Below are positions 26,501 to 39,399 of a DNA stretch of 64,000 nucleotides, piece by piece. The DNA comes from Azolla caroliniana. Taxonomy: Eukaryota; Plantae; Polypodiophyta. The position numbers were made by a program, and so were the translations under genes. The stretch spans positions 22,940,001-23,004,000 of the forward strand of contig JBHGNT010000002.1 in the NCBI GenBank assembly GCA_043228905.1, in the 5' to 3' direction. The notes beneath the pieces were generated by a model. The model saw only the letters and a list, made by a program, of their open reading frames with translations, had not been told where the DNA came from and made no database searches. Each line of letters starts with the position of its first letter. The stretch's first letter is position 1.

Positions 26501-28583
26501 GTGGAGCTAAAACCTTAGGCTACGCCAACTTTGGAAGCATGTTCCCAGGACTATTAATACATAAGCCCTCTATGAAATATTGAATTACATGCACTAATGG
26601 GTGCTATAATAGAGCGGGATCTTACTTTGCTAAGCCCCAATACCCTCATAAGATTTCTCTCACGAAGGAGGTTGGAATGATTGGTGGTAAACAATCAAAT
26701 GCTTCATGTTTACATAAAATAAATGTCAGTACGGATACAAAATTATATGTTTGTATGCATGATGTACCTATAAATGTATCTATATATGTATTCATGTGTG
26801 TATATATATGTATGTATATGAATGAATAAATGTGTATGCATGAATGGATGAATGTATGCATGAGTATGGGTATATGTAGGTATGTATTCATGTGTGTTTT
26901 TATATTTTACCTATCACTTGGTTAAGAAATCCTAAACCAAATCAAGGAGGATAGCTCTACGGTCGTGCTCTATTGAAGGTTTATGCTAGGAGTAGCATCA
27001 ACCTTCAAAAAGAAGAAAAGGAAGATTTTGAATTCCCCCTTTTAAACATGTGCCGCTAAACATCGAGGTTTAGCATGAATAGAAATGATAGAAAACATTA
27101 ATGTGGTTAGCATTGCAAGCTTTTTGGTGATGTTTAGCATCGTTATTTTGTTAAAGTGGAATCCTCTTACGGTCCCTTATGTAGTAGTTGTATGTCTTTT
27201 AAGTTTCATCTTAGGATTTTAAAGAGCCTGAGCTCGTTTTCATCTCTTTCTAAGTTAGAATCTTAACTTTAATCTCCTCTCTACTATTGGAAAATCCAAA
27301 ATGAAATGTTCTATTTTACATGGTTTGATTGATTGTATCTAATAGGAGACTACCCTTTAATGATATTGATCATGGTTGTTTCTTCCTTCTCTCACGTCTT
27401 TGCTTTATCATGAATATTCAATGATTAAAAGGGGTTAAGTAAGATTAAACTCGTTCATGTGCATCTAGGTATTAGGTTAGAGTTAGGAGTAGAGTAACAC
27501 CCACTCTTGCGTGTTCGGCCAACAATAGAGTAGACGTTGTCACATCTCCTTTGGTTCTATGTTAGTGACGTAAGTCCATGAACAACATGTGGTCCATTGA
27601 GACCCAAAAACACAATGGGTCAATTAGAACTCTAATTTTTTAAAGGAAGGGCCTAAGGATTACACTAGGCCAACTACAACCCTCAGCTCTAGCAATTGAG
27701 GTAAGATCATGTAATTTTTATAGTGTTTTAAATAGATGGGGCACTCTTCAAATTTAGCAAGAACGCAATTTGGCACATCTTGTGTCATTCTATAAAAGAG
27801 GATCTTGTTTCATAACCAAGTGGAAATGTAACATCTAAAACTATGAACTCAATACCACCAACATAGCACAACTAAAGAACCAAGGGTATTGTTTACCTCA
27901 AGAAACTAGCTTATGGTTGGTGCCATGTGCTCCGTAGTTCTTGCAAGGAGTATAGTGAAGGCATAAAGGGATTGTGATTGTTCATCTAGATTATTCTAGC
28001 GGTTCATTTCCATGGAAATGTAGCTTGACGCATCCCCATGAAATATTTTTGAGTATCATTTTCTAGATTCACTACAAAGGCTTGTCATGTGTTCTTTTCC
28101 GTGAGAACAAGGTTGGTTTTGGGTGTATGTAAATATTAAATCCAACCTTCCAAATTTGAACTGGCAACCAAAGGATTACAATAGGCCAACGAAAATAAGG
28201 TTTCCAGTAATTATCTCGATTTTCAAATAGATGGCATACTCTTTGGATTTAGTAAGAACACAATTTAGTGAACTTTTTGTGGACCAAGGGGAATATAGTA
28301 GATCTAAAGCTATTGAATTAGAGCCACCAACTTAACGAGCCAAAACTAGTGTTTACCTCAACCAACTAGCTTACAATGAAAGCATTAAGACAATGTGATT
28401 GTCCATCTAGATTATTGCAATATTTTATTTAGTTCTCTATGACATTCCTTATCCTTGCAAGATTGACAAGGAATAGAATACACACACACACACACACACA
28501 CACACTAAATAATATTATTTTGGTTGAGATATTGACAAGGAATACAAAAGAAGTGCATGTGAGACGAATATAACATAGATGCA

Positions 28584-29574
28584 GCTCGATGGTCCCATTC
28601 GTAATGGATGGCGAACATTGGGCATCCCTGACGAGGTGCTCATTACCTTTTGGAAGGGTCTCTGGCGTCTCCACATGCCTGAAAAAATCAAGCTCTTTTG
28701 GTGGCAGATTGGTCACAATGTGATTCCTGTTGGGGAATGGCTTGGTAAAAGGGGCGGCCCGATAGGTTGCCCACTTTGCTCTTAACCCATTGAGTCTCTG
28801 AGACACTGTCTTTGGGATTGCCCTCAAGCTCAAAAGGTATGGGACAGAGTCACTCGCCTCCTTGCGGCATGTGAAGTGGTTGGAACAGCCTCGTGGAGTG
28901 TTGCGGCATGGATTGACCACTCGACTGATAGGTGGACGGACGCCTTTAATGCGGATACTTGGTGCTATGTATGCACGGGAGGTCAAATCGGCAAGATCCG
29001 CTTCGAGAGAGACTTGCTATCCGCATCCCCTAGGTTCTTGGAAATTTTGAGGTTGATCACGGGCTTCACCTTATGGTATGTCTGGAAAGCACGATGCTTA
29101 AAGGTTTTCCAAGATCGGGTACAACCCCCAGAGGAAGTGATCATGGATATTTGGTTCGCGCTTATCAGCTACCTACGAGGGCAATTAGATGAGGTTTGCA
29201 AGCACTCCAATGACGTGGCCACTGCCCGGTTGCGCTTTTGGCAGAAATGGCGGAACACGCCTATGGTGACACTAGGAGAAAGTGAACCGAGGTGGAACTA
29301 CCAGCCCCCACGATGCCTGTTTCCTTCTTTCACGCCTCCCTCCCTTCGATTTAGGCCCCGGGAGTTGGCTCATTCTAGCCGACACTAAAGGCCACTGCTT
29401 TTAGGTATAGGTATCTACTTACTTTCGGTAGTTGGTTTGAAAAACTATGTAAGTAGTCTCATTTTCTTGATCTTGATCTGAGGGAGATTCCCCGTTTTGT
29501 GTATAAGCTTCCTTGTATAGTCTCCTTGTAATAATCCTTCCTAACTAATGGGAAAGTAGCTTTATTTTGGAAAA
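28584..29574 (+). mobile_element. 5'-truncated LINE with perfect 17-bp TSD
   Basis: TSD AATATAACATAGATGCA at 28567-28583 and 29575-29591; 'KIKLFWWQIGHNVIPVGEW...CPLCS', 'LWYVWKARC' zf-RVT motifs; A-rich tail. Confidence 0.9.
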
Positions 29575-31167
29575 AATATAACATAGATGCATCAATGGTA
29601 AATATTAGAAATGAATATATCAATATCAAGTTTTATTTTCCACAAATGGTAAAAAAACTTAAATTTGTATGTGGTGTTTAAGAATTACAGTTTGTCAATT
29701 TAACAAGGGTAGTGGCAGTCAAAGTAGTGTCTATTAGAGAATGAGTTCGTATGAAGGGATATACATGAATTTGGACTATCTATTACATTCATGTCATCTT
29801 CTCTACAAACATGGGCACCACACCCTATATATATAGTTAGAAGGCGCAACTCTGTCTTTTCAAAGAGATATCCAACACAACGTTTCATAGTGGCCACGTT
29901 TCCAAGGGTGCTCCCACAACCTAATAATTTGCAACCATAAAATGCCAACAAACTCCGCTACACCCATATGATATGTTGATTAAATATGGTTTGCAACTAA
30001 TTTCTAATTATAAGATTTCTTGCATGAATTTGGGTTGTGATCATATTATAGTATAGAACACTTAATCACGTCTTTCAAATGAATCTGTCAACATGGGTCG
30101 TCAGTCATCAATGTACCTTCTAAATCGATATTGAAGTTATATAGGTCTACAAACATGTGAGCTCATAGATACTAGTTATTGTCGTTTCAAGAACCAAGTT
30201 CGATGATCTTGGTCCATTCATTCTGAGAATATGAAAAACCCTATCAAAAAAATAATCATGGTCTTTTTTTGCTCATTACACGTGTTGAATTCATTTTCAC
30301 TCATTCAATTTGTGTCATTGAATGCAAAATTTCCACTTTTTCTTGGCTCCAATGGAGTTAGTTACATGGGAGTTACAAAATTAATGATGGATATTCCTAA
30401 AAGAGGACATGAGCAAAGTAGATACTTATAACTTCCAAAAGTTGAAAACATGACATATTGCCATGGATAATATCAACACAATTATAGTTTTATTATTCAC
30501 AAAACATCATTGCTAAAGAAACTTACAAAAGTTTTAATTTTAAAATCAAGGATAATTATGACATAGTCTTTAGTCAATTATATATAGTTTCTCAATGTTT
30601 ATGAAAAGTATTGTTGTTTGAGTAAAGAAGAATTATAAATTTCAAACCTTTACCAATCTAGAATTTTGTGGAATTCAAAGCTTCTCACATGGACATTAAC
30701 TGAGTGATACACAAACTCACAACATGAGGAATCGGGATCAAAGGTGGGGGTGGGTATAATACCAAAATATAGTCTGAAAGGCACACATCATATGTACGAA
30801 TAATTATACCCGAATGCCATTACGACACATTTAAACGGGAGAGATTTGTTGAGTTTGCAACTAACAGTACGATATACAGTACGAAAATATATTTGTTGCA
30901 TCAAATTTCATTGCAACATGTATACAAGGAGAGAAGGAATTTGTGGAGAGTAATGGAATTTTAGACTATTGAGAGGGGAAGGGCAGTTACTTGACTTTTT
31001 GAGAGAGTGAGTCATTGAGCATCATGTCATATTAAAGGATAGGTTACACAAAAACAATGTACATGTTCATTTACTAGCTTTGGTTATAACTTATAAATCA
31101 ACTATATGACCATCTTTGTTGGGTTTTGAACCCACAATCTCTTTCCTTACTTGTATTTCTATGTTCT

Positions 31168-31204
<37 letters not shown>

Positions 31205-31437
31205 GTGTGCTAGGTATGAAAGATTATGTACCATAATCTTTAACACTCTCGTTAATCATGTTTGATTAGCAAGTTAAATGCATTAATGACAACTTATTTG
31301 TTAATATCTTATCCATGAAGATTAAGGAAATAATTTCATTCATACAAACCCTAGAACATAAATCAACAATACGATTTATTCTTTTCACAAATCAACATAT
31401 TTAAATGACATTAATTGTGAAATCCTTTTTTTGTAGC

Positions 31438-34400
31438 ATGGATCGGTTTGAGGTCATCAAGAAGATAGGTTCGGGAAACTTCGGTGTCGCACATTTGCTT
31501 CGTGACAAGACAACACATGAGCTTTTTGCTGCAAAGTATATCGAACGTGGTTCAATGGTAAAACTTTATAACACTACATACAATTACGTGACTTTCCACT
31601 AGCATAATGCTTTACTTTTCTTTTTTAGTGCATGTTTACATTAATATTGTTTGTGATTGCCTAGATTGATGAGAATGTTCAACGTGAAATAATCAATCAT
31701 CGATCATTGCGCCACCCAAACATAATACAATTCAAAGAAGTAAGTTCCAATATGTTTGTCTTGCTTTCAACTCTTTCATTTCTAATTGTTGAAAATTGTA
31801 ATCATCTCAACGATCCTAATCTGTTGCATCATAGGTTTTCCTAACTCCTACGCATTTGGCAATCTTGATGGAGTATGCAGCAGGTGGGGAGTTATTTGAA
31901 CGCATACAAAATGCCGGTCGCTTTAGTGAAAATGAGGTTGGTTCACTATGTCAAAGCTTTTTGTAACATTCAATTCAATCCAATCCAAGCAACATCCCTG
32001 CAAGATGTTATTGAAATCTAGATTTGCACAAGCATCTCTTTGAAGATACTCTAACAAGGGATACTACATTGAACATTTAATACCACCATGTCAAGTGATT
32101 TGATGAATTATGTTGATTCCAATTGTTACATAGCCTAGATTACCATAAATAAGTAGATTCAATCATGAAAGCCTCCTAAACCATCATCTACATTGTGCAT
32201 ATTTTTAGGAGTAAAATTGTGGAAATGTGGCACCAAGTTGTGAGATTGCTTGGGATTAAGTAGATGTGAGGACCCTAAACATCTTAAGTTTATGTATTTG
32301 AATACCTAGATTAACTTGGGAACATTGCATAAATGCAAGTGTGGAAACAATATTGGGATAAATGATGTGACCTCTTGAGAAGTTTTACCCCATTAAACAA
32401 AGAAAAAATGGCATTCCTTCTAATTCCATGAGGAAGCTTAATAAGAGAAATGAGATATGGACTTATTGTTCAATGAATTTTCATGTTTGATGGCTAGGCA
32501 AGGTTCTTCTTTCAACAACTCATATCAGGAGTGAGCTACTGCCATGAACTGGTATGTTATACTATAAATCCACTAAATTCTTTCCCTATATTGTACTCAA
32601 ACCTATCAAACCTGAAATGAACTCTTATATTGTTTGACATAGCACATTTGTCATCGCGATTTGAAGCTGGAGAATACTCTACTAGATGGGAGCACAATTC
32701 CACATCTCAAAATTTGTGACTTTGGATATTCAAAAGTAACGTTATAATGTTAACTATTTCACTTTTGCAATAATTGGATGATGCATTAAAAATCAAAACA
32801 ACATAAGAAAAAATTGTGATTTCGAAGACCATTCAAAGGAACCTTTGCATGTGAATCGTATCATTTTCCAATCATTTGTGTAGCAAACGCTATAATAATC
32901 TAACTATTAACTATCCTTTACAGTCAGGATTATTGCATTCTCAACCCAAGTCAACTGTTGGAACACCTGCCTATATTGCTCCTGAGGTATTTGCTAGAAC
33001 AGAGTATGATGGCAAGGTAAGAATAATGTTTTTACTTCAACATTCAACATAAACGAAACCAATTGCACTTCGACATTGTTCCTTGTAGCATCTCTACACC
33101 GTTCTTCGTAAAATGCCATAGCTATGTGAATATTTTTTCCAAGAAAGATACACCATTAGTATTAAGAAAACGCCCTAAGGTTATACATGAAATATGGACA
33201 TTTAGGTAATGACCTTGTGCTAAGTTCTAATTGCCCACTGAAATAAATACTTCGGTGTAGAGTAGAACCACTCCACCTTATCATAAATCTGTGAATAAAA
33301 TATTCCTTTGTCCCATATGAAATGAAACTCCAAATGTTGTAACTCTGCCCATTGTGTATTACCTTTTATGTTATCCAAAGAACCTTTGGCTTATGCACAA
33401 TCTCTATCCAAATCCCAAAAATTATCTAGCTAGGTTTCTCGGTCATAATTTTGGAATACCTTCAAACTCTTCCAAATATACCAAATTGTGATACTACTTA
33501 CCAATTACCATATTTCAGGTTTATCGGTCTCTCTTTGTGGATTCAGAGGTCTAATTGTTTTTCTCATGAGACCATGTCTCACAACAAGAGCATCTGCAAT
33601 ATCCTCTTGCTTATATACCATTGGTGGATCACCACCCAAAATATTGCCCCCCTTGTATACACCACTCAAGGATAGACTAGTTGCAACAATGTTACAATTC
33701 TTTTCCATATTTCCATTGTAAAGTCACAACTCCACATGCAATGCTTAGCAGTCTCCACTAGATTCATACAAAAAGGGCATATATTGCCTACATTCACCCA
33801 TTTTCGCCAATCATTAACTGGTATAGCTCTATGAACCAACAACCATAAAAAACAAACAAATTTCCCACTCATTTTTATGTCTCACAACCATTTCCAAATT
33901 TGCTTGAGATGTTGTGGAGAAAGTCCATTCCGTCTTCAAAAAATACATGCAACCGATTCCTTCCATGATCTAGCACCTAATATTTTCCTATCAATCTTCA
34001 TAAAATACTGAAAAAATGGCACATGTTTTATTGATTGAACGGACACTTTCCAATACAATTATCCAGGATTCCAAGTTAGACGAGTACTAGTCTCCTTTCT
34101 AGAATCCGAAACCTCCAAAAAAGATTCATCTTGTGGATCCAAATCTAAGACCCAATTTGATCCATCATTTGTGACCACCCTCACTTCTTTATGCAAACAA
34201 AAACTAAACAAATCAGTTTTCATATGTGTGAAAGTTAACCTACCATATCATGTACATCAAAAGTCATAAAAGCTTCTTCCCCAATATAGGCTTTTGCTCC
34301 AATCAAAACATGCAATGAAGTAAATAAACCTATCCATTTATGTATAGAAGGTTCAAATTGCATCCGAATATTAAAAAGAGTGGCTTGTATCGCGGAATAC

Positions 34401-36908
34401 TTTGTCTTTTCACCCAGGCTTATATTATTAAGCATTAGCGTTCTTTGGTCTATAGATGTAGACAGAAATGTTGTCAAATTATCTATAGATTGTGTTGGCA
34501 ACTTGGCCCCTAATCTAATTTTGCCCATGTGCATCGAGTATGCCTTCCCAAAATATGTCCCCTATGGTCAATGAAAAGCTATGTGAATTTAGGACTTTAG
34601 CATTTGACTTTGTATAGACAAAATTGGGTCGCTTTAATACTAGTCTTCCTTATTTTTGGCATTGATTAAATGACCAAAGTTTGTTTTGCCAAGCATTTTA
34701 GTAGCCAAACTTTATAAACTTGCACAACAATAAAGCGTGCTTGCGCGCGCACACACACACAAAAATCACATCTCACAATAGTGTCAACATGATCAGATGG
34801 GATGCATTTTTATGATAAGAAACTGTAGAAACTAACAATTCAAAATCTTTGCCATTATTTTATCCAAACAGATGGCACATGTTTCTCTACATAAACTGTG
34901 AAATGTATACATAAACAAATGAGTTCATATTCAAACTATGGGCAAAATGTAAGTTGTAACAAGTATTTTGATTCATTAATTTAAGGAAAAGGGTTTCTAG
35001 TGACACATTTCCATGTGATAAAGAAATGTTTTCCTTAACTTAAAGCGTTGTCAAAGTATGTCGAGACTCGAAAGAGACAAGAGAGATCAGACAAGCAAAT
35101 CTGAAAAGGCTAGGGATGCAACCACCTATCCTGGGACGGAAATGAAGGGCACTCCCCCCTAGAATCCAACTGATAACGTTATGGCCCAAAATGGAGAAAA
35201 ATGTGCTCCCAAGTGGGTTCTCTATTGATTTGGGTTTCCTAGATGTATAGAGGGCAATGAATCGTTGATTGACTCTACCTTCAATATGTGGACTCACATA
35301 AAGGAAAGAACAGTCAAAGAAGTAGATAATGGAGTTGGAATGGTATGGAGCAAGTGCTCTCAATATTGAAAAGTTTAAGTTGTGCTTCAAATTGTAAATA
35401 AAGACTTCATATTATCAGTGGAAATGCAAGATTGTTGGAAATGCAAGAGTGTCTTCACTTCCATGTGGAGAACTTGCTTTTTGGAACCTTCTAGGAATTA
35501 CAGGAAGTATGGAATTGTGCAGTTTGGCAAATCGCCCATTGGCCAATAGATGAACAACTAGACACTTTACCTAACTAATGGGAAGCGCCCTTTTTTCGGA
35601 GAAAAAAGAAGTAGATGTATGAACATGAGATAGAATCAAGTAAACTAAATACCATCACCCTTATTTCATGATATATTGCAATTTTTGGATGTACCATATT
35701 ATTATGAAATGCATTCAATCACATTTACATTCACAATCACAAGAACATATAATAGTGCAAAGCTTTTTTTGTAGATTGCTGATGTATGGTCATGTGGTGT
35801 GACGCTTTATGTAATGTTAGTGGGTTCTTACCCATTTGAAGATCCAACAGAGCCTCGAAACTTTCGAAAGTCAGTGGCGGTAAAAATTCTATTTTTCCTT
35901 TAATGTGTTCTATACTCATTGCCAAAATTTCCCATATTAAACAATAAAAAACTAAAATTCTAATTTCCTACTTTGAAAACAGAGGATTTTGAAGGCTGAA
36001 TATCATATTCCTGACTATGTTCGGATCTCAGCAGAATGCCGACATCTATTATCCTCCATTTTTGTTGCTGAACCGGAGAAGGTAATCTATCTATCCTTGA
36101 AATGAAAGACTTCTCTTATAAATGATTTCCTTGGCTCACTCTTTTGATAATGATAATCTCTTAACAATAGTTACTATGGGAAATATATGATCTCTTAAGA
36201 TGTAACGAAAAAAGACGAATGGAAACATCAACTCTCGTGTTACAATCGAAGGGAGATTAACTCCAAAATATGGTCGAAAATTTTCTTTGTTTCCACAAGT
36301 ACCCCACCCCTCGAGTTTTCACTATTTACAAGGAAAGATCGATTATTTATGTGTCGATTCATCCTTATGGGGATGTTTTGACAAATGCCCAAAAAACGCA
36401 GGGGGCATCCAAGGAAAAAATAAGAATCTAGGTGGGGGTATTTCCGAGGAAATAAAGAGAATCTCAAGAAGAATAAAAAGAGAATCTAGGAGGTTTTCTC
36501 TTTTTATTTACTCTTTTTTGTTTTTTGTTTTTTGTATATATGTGCAGTTTATGTTATTGCTTTTCGTCTAAGCTTCTAAAATAGGGTCTCTCTCTTCTTC
36601 TTTTTCTGAGGAATAACATCACACAGAGGATCACCATAGCTCAGATAAAAGGACATCCATGGTTTCTGAAGGGCTTGGGAAGAGAAGAAATAGATCTTCT
36701 TCGCAATCATGGACACAATAATGGATCGACGGGTGGTGATGGCGATGGCAATGGAGAAGGAGATGGAGAGGTTCATCAGAGCGTGGAAGAGATCAGCCGA
36801 ATCGTGAAGGAAGCCATGGATTGTGGATGTGATGAAGAAGACGATGCAAGAGACAATTTGTTGATGCACGAAGAAATGGATTTTGATGCAGATATGGAAG
36901 ATTTCTAG
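31438..36908 (+). CDS. SnRK2: SnRK2 family Ser/Thr protein kinase, 9 exons, 340 aa
   Basis: Exons 31438-31557, 31665-31739, 31835-31936, 32498-32551, 32643-32735, 32924-33016, 35775-35879, 35983-36081, 36627-36908 (120/75/102/54/93/93/105/99/282 nt, the conserved SnRK2 pattern), all GT-AG. Motifs [79 protein letters not shown], SnRK2 box [13 protein letters not shown], acidic tail. Confidence 0.95.
33132..34576 (-). mobile_element. 5'-truncated LINE in SnRK2 intron 6, antisense to the gene
   Basis: 12-bp TSD AGCTATGTGAAT (33120, 34577); ORF 33666-33872 '[15 protein letters not shown]...[18 protein letters not shown]' (zf-RVT); T-rich tail at left end. Confidence 0.85.
35060..35610 (+). mobile_element. 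Second LINE remnant in SnRK2 intron 6
   Basis: Ends with CTAACTAATGGGAAG...TTTTTTCGGAGAAAAAAG, like the LINE 3' end at 29540-29574; 'WQIAHW' remnant; 5' boundary approximate. Confidence 0.5.
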
Positions 36909-39099
36909 AGAAGTTATGTGGTCAGGTCATAGGTTCGAATCCCTACAATTACCTTTTTGGGTTATGAGTTCAATACATTTGGACACAAGTTTAAATGGAT
37001 TCAATTTCCCTTGCCCTCACACATATTTGTACGCCGCATTTTTACGTCTCGTGAACGACACATCACACTTGGTTCGGTTCATTGAACCAAATTTGATCTT
37101 GACATGGTCTCTAAATCCATTTCTACTCGGACTCTCGAAACCCTTTAAACCCTCTCTATCGAAAACGTGTATGTATCTATGTATCTATGTCAACTACTTA
37201 AACAACGTTGTGTATGCGTCATTCGCTATTCGAGAATACAAATAAATGCATCGTGGACCTTCCTTACCATGGTCCATAATAGTGATCTTGAGCACATAGG
37301 ATCTTGATATGGCAAGAAGGTAAGCCCTCTTAAGGTTAATGTGAGGCTAACTTCCATGAAGGTAACTCCTTCGAGAACAAAGTCTTTTGGAGTAGCAAAG
37401 CTTGAGGTAGATGTTATCGAAACCTTGTCATATGACTTATCATCGTTAGAAATATCTTAGTGAGAACAAACATGTATAACACAAAGATAACGTTTTTGCA
37501 TAGTTACCATTCAAACCTTCATCGTACAATCGAATTTGAACTTGAGGAATTGTTTTTCCATCCAATGCAAGAGTCATGTGGTATGTTGATAACACTAAGA
37601 TGGTTACCACTTGAGAAAAAACTCAAACTTCATTGCGAGGAGAGCTCTATGTGTTGAACCATAAGAGATTGTGAGCATTTAAATGACCAAGCATTATTGA
37701 TAAAGATGCTACTATAAAGCTCCAATGGTCTTTTTACCATGGAAGGTACCAACATTTTCCAGGAAATGATAGATTGCCTTGATTCATGGTTGAGCCCTAC
37801 ACATACCTTTTAAGAAGTTGAATCTTTGAGTGATCATACCATCTTCCAAACTCAATATAGTCATTCCCCTTAACTAGTTTAGGATGCATATATGACACCA
37901 TGAAACTCAAACTTTCTCTTTTGTAATGAATGGTTTAGTTGATGAGTCACTTGTTCAATTAATATTGTCTTTGTCCATGGTAACAATTGTAAAATCTTAA
38001 GACCATGGACATGGTTATTGACGCTTGTACCATTATGATACAAGTAGTGAATGGCCATCATACAAATTTAAACAAGACTATAGGGTTGACATAAAAGTTA
38101 AACTTTAAGACGATGACGCATCAACACCAATAGGATAATCTAAGGATTGATAAGCACTACCTTGTTCTACTTTCATCCATTGCCCACAAACCTCCAATAT
38201 TTTCATATAGACAAGCAAGACCACAATTTAGCATCACATTTTTATGTTATCTACATACATACTCATCCCCACATACTCACATTCCAATAACTATTTCTTA
38301 AACAATAAACATCAATCATAATCATCACATCTATGCTTGTCATTAAAAAGGTATGAAAATGGTTTGAATTATGAACTTGAATCCTTTGGTTTTCTACTAT
38401 AAATATAAGTGAATTGGTAGAATGAAAAGAAAATCATCACAAATATGTATGCTCTCTGCATGTACGACAATACCTTTAGTTGTATTAATCGAGGTACATG
38501 CAATAGCCAACTTCTCATTATGGAGATACACCGAACACAACATTAAGGATCTCTTTGAGCTTTGCGTACATGCACTCGCACGCATGCACACATACTGAGA
38601 GATTATAATAGAATGGCTATGGTTGGCAACAATAAATGAATGGACATTCCTATGGGCAACAATCCAACAAAGATGTACCAATGTATCTTAAGCATTACTC
38701 TTCACTCTCAAAGCCTCTATAGACTATATCCTATCATTCTATGTTTATGTTCTTAGAGTTTCCATGAATATATTTCTCATCTGCACATGAAACAACACAC
38801 GTTTCATCCACTTGTGTCGATTTCTCAAAGGCCCAATTGTTGAACCCCGACATTCCTCCACTCCAAGCTCTAGATGCACCCGACGTTCTTTGAAATAAAT
38901 CGTAGCATACTTTTAAGAACGCGATTCAATCTCATCAATCAAATACAGGGCTTTAAGCCTTGTAAAAAAAGGCGGTTCTTGCAAGACCAAAAATAGATCT
39001 ACCAAACATGTGCAAACGTAATACTTAGTGGACAACAAAACATTTAAAACATGGGTCAATGGGGGCGACCAATCGCCCAAACTAAAAGAGTCGTGTGGA

Positions 39100-39225
39100 C
39101 AACCTAAAACGCAAACGCAAACGCAAACGCGAACCCTGACGAAAACGCAAACGCGAAAACCCTAACGGCAAATGGCGAGACACGAAAAAAAAACCCTAAA
39201 ACGCAGATGAAACGCAAACCCTGCA
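39100..39225 (+). promoter_or_regulatory. Telo-box (AAACCCTA) and AAACGC repeat cluster upstream of the RRM gene
   Basis: AAACCCTAA at ~39157 and ~39190 interspersed with (AAACGC)n; telo-boxes are typical near TSSs of plant RNA-processing and translation genes. Confidence 0.55.
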
Positions 39226-39399
39226 GAGGGAGCTAGGAAAAAAAACGCGAATGTTGGAGAGCAAACGCAATCGATGGAGGACTCCGTATGCATAATGTGT
39301 GTGTATATATATGTACATACAGATGCACAGATATGGCATCTGAATCGAAATTCCTGCAAGCAGAGGGGGTCTGAAGCCAAAAGAAACAGTATACACAGT

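Noticed and set aside
36915-36950. Isolated B-box GGTTCGAATCCC just after the SnRK2 stop (similar fragments near 4920 and 31125)
   Set aside because: No A-box or cloverleaf; at most SINE-like debris
37200-38800. Short ORFs between SnRK2 and the RRM gene
   Set aside because: No recognisable domain or consistent splice pattern; probably decayed repeat
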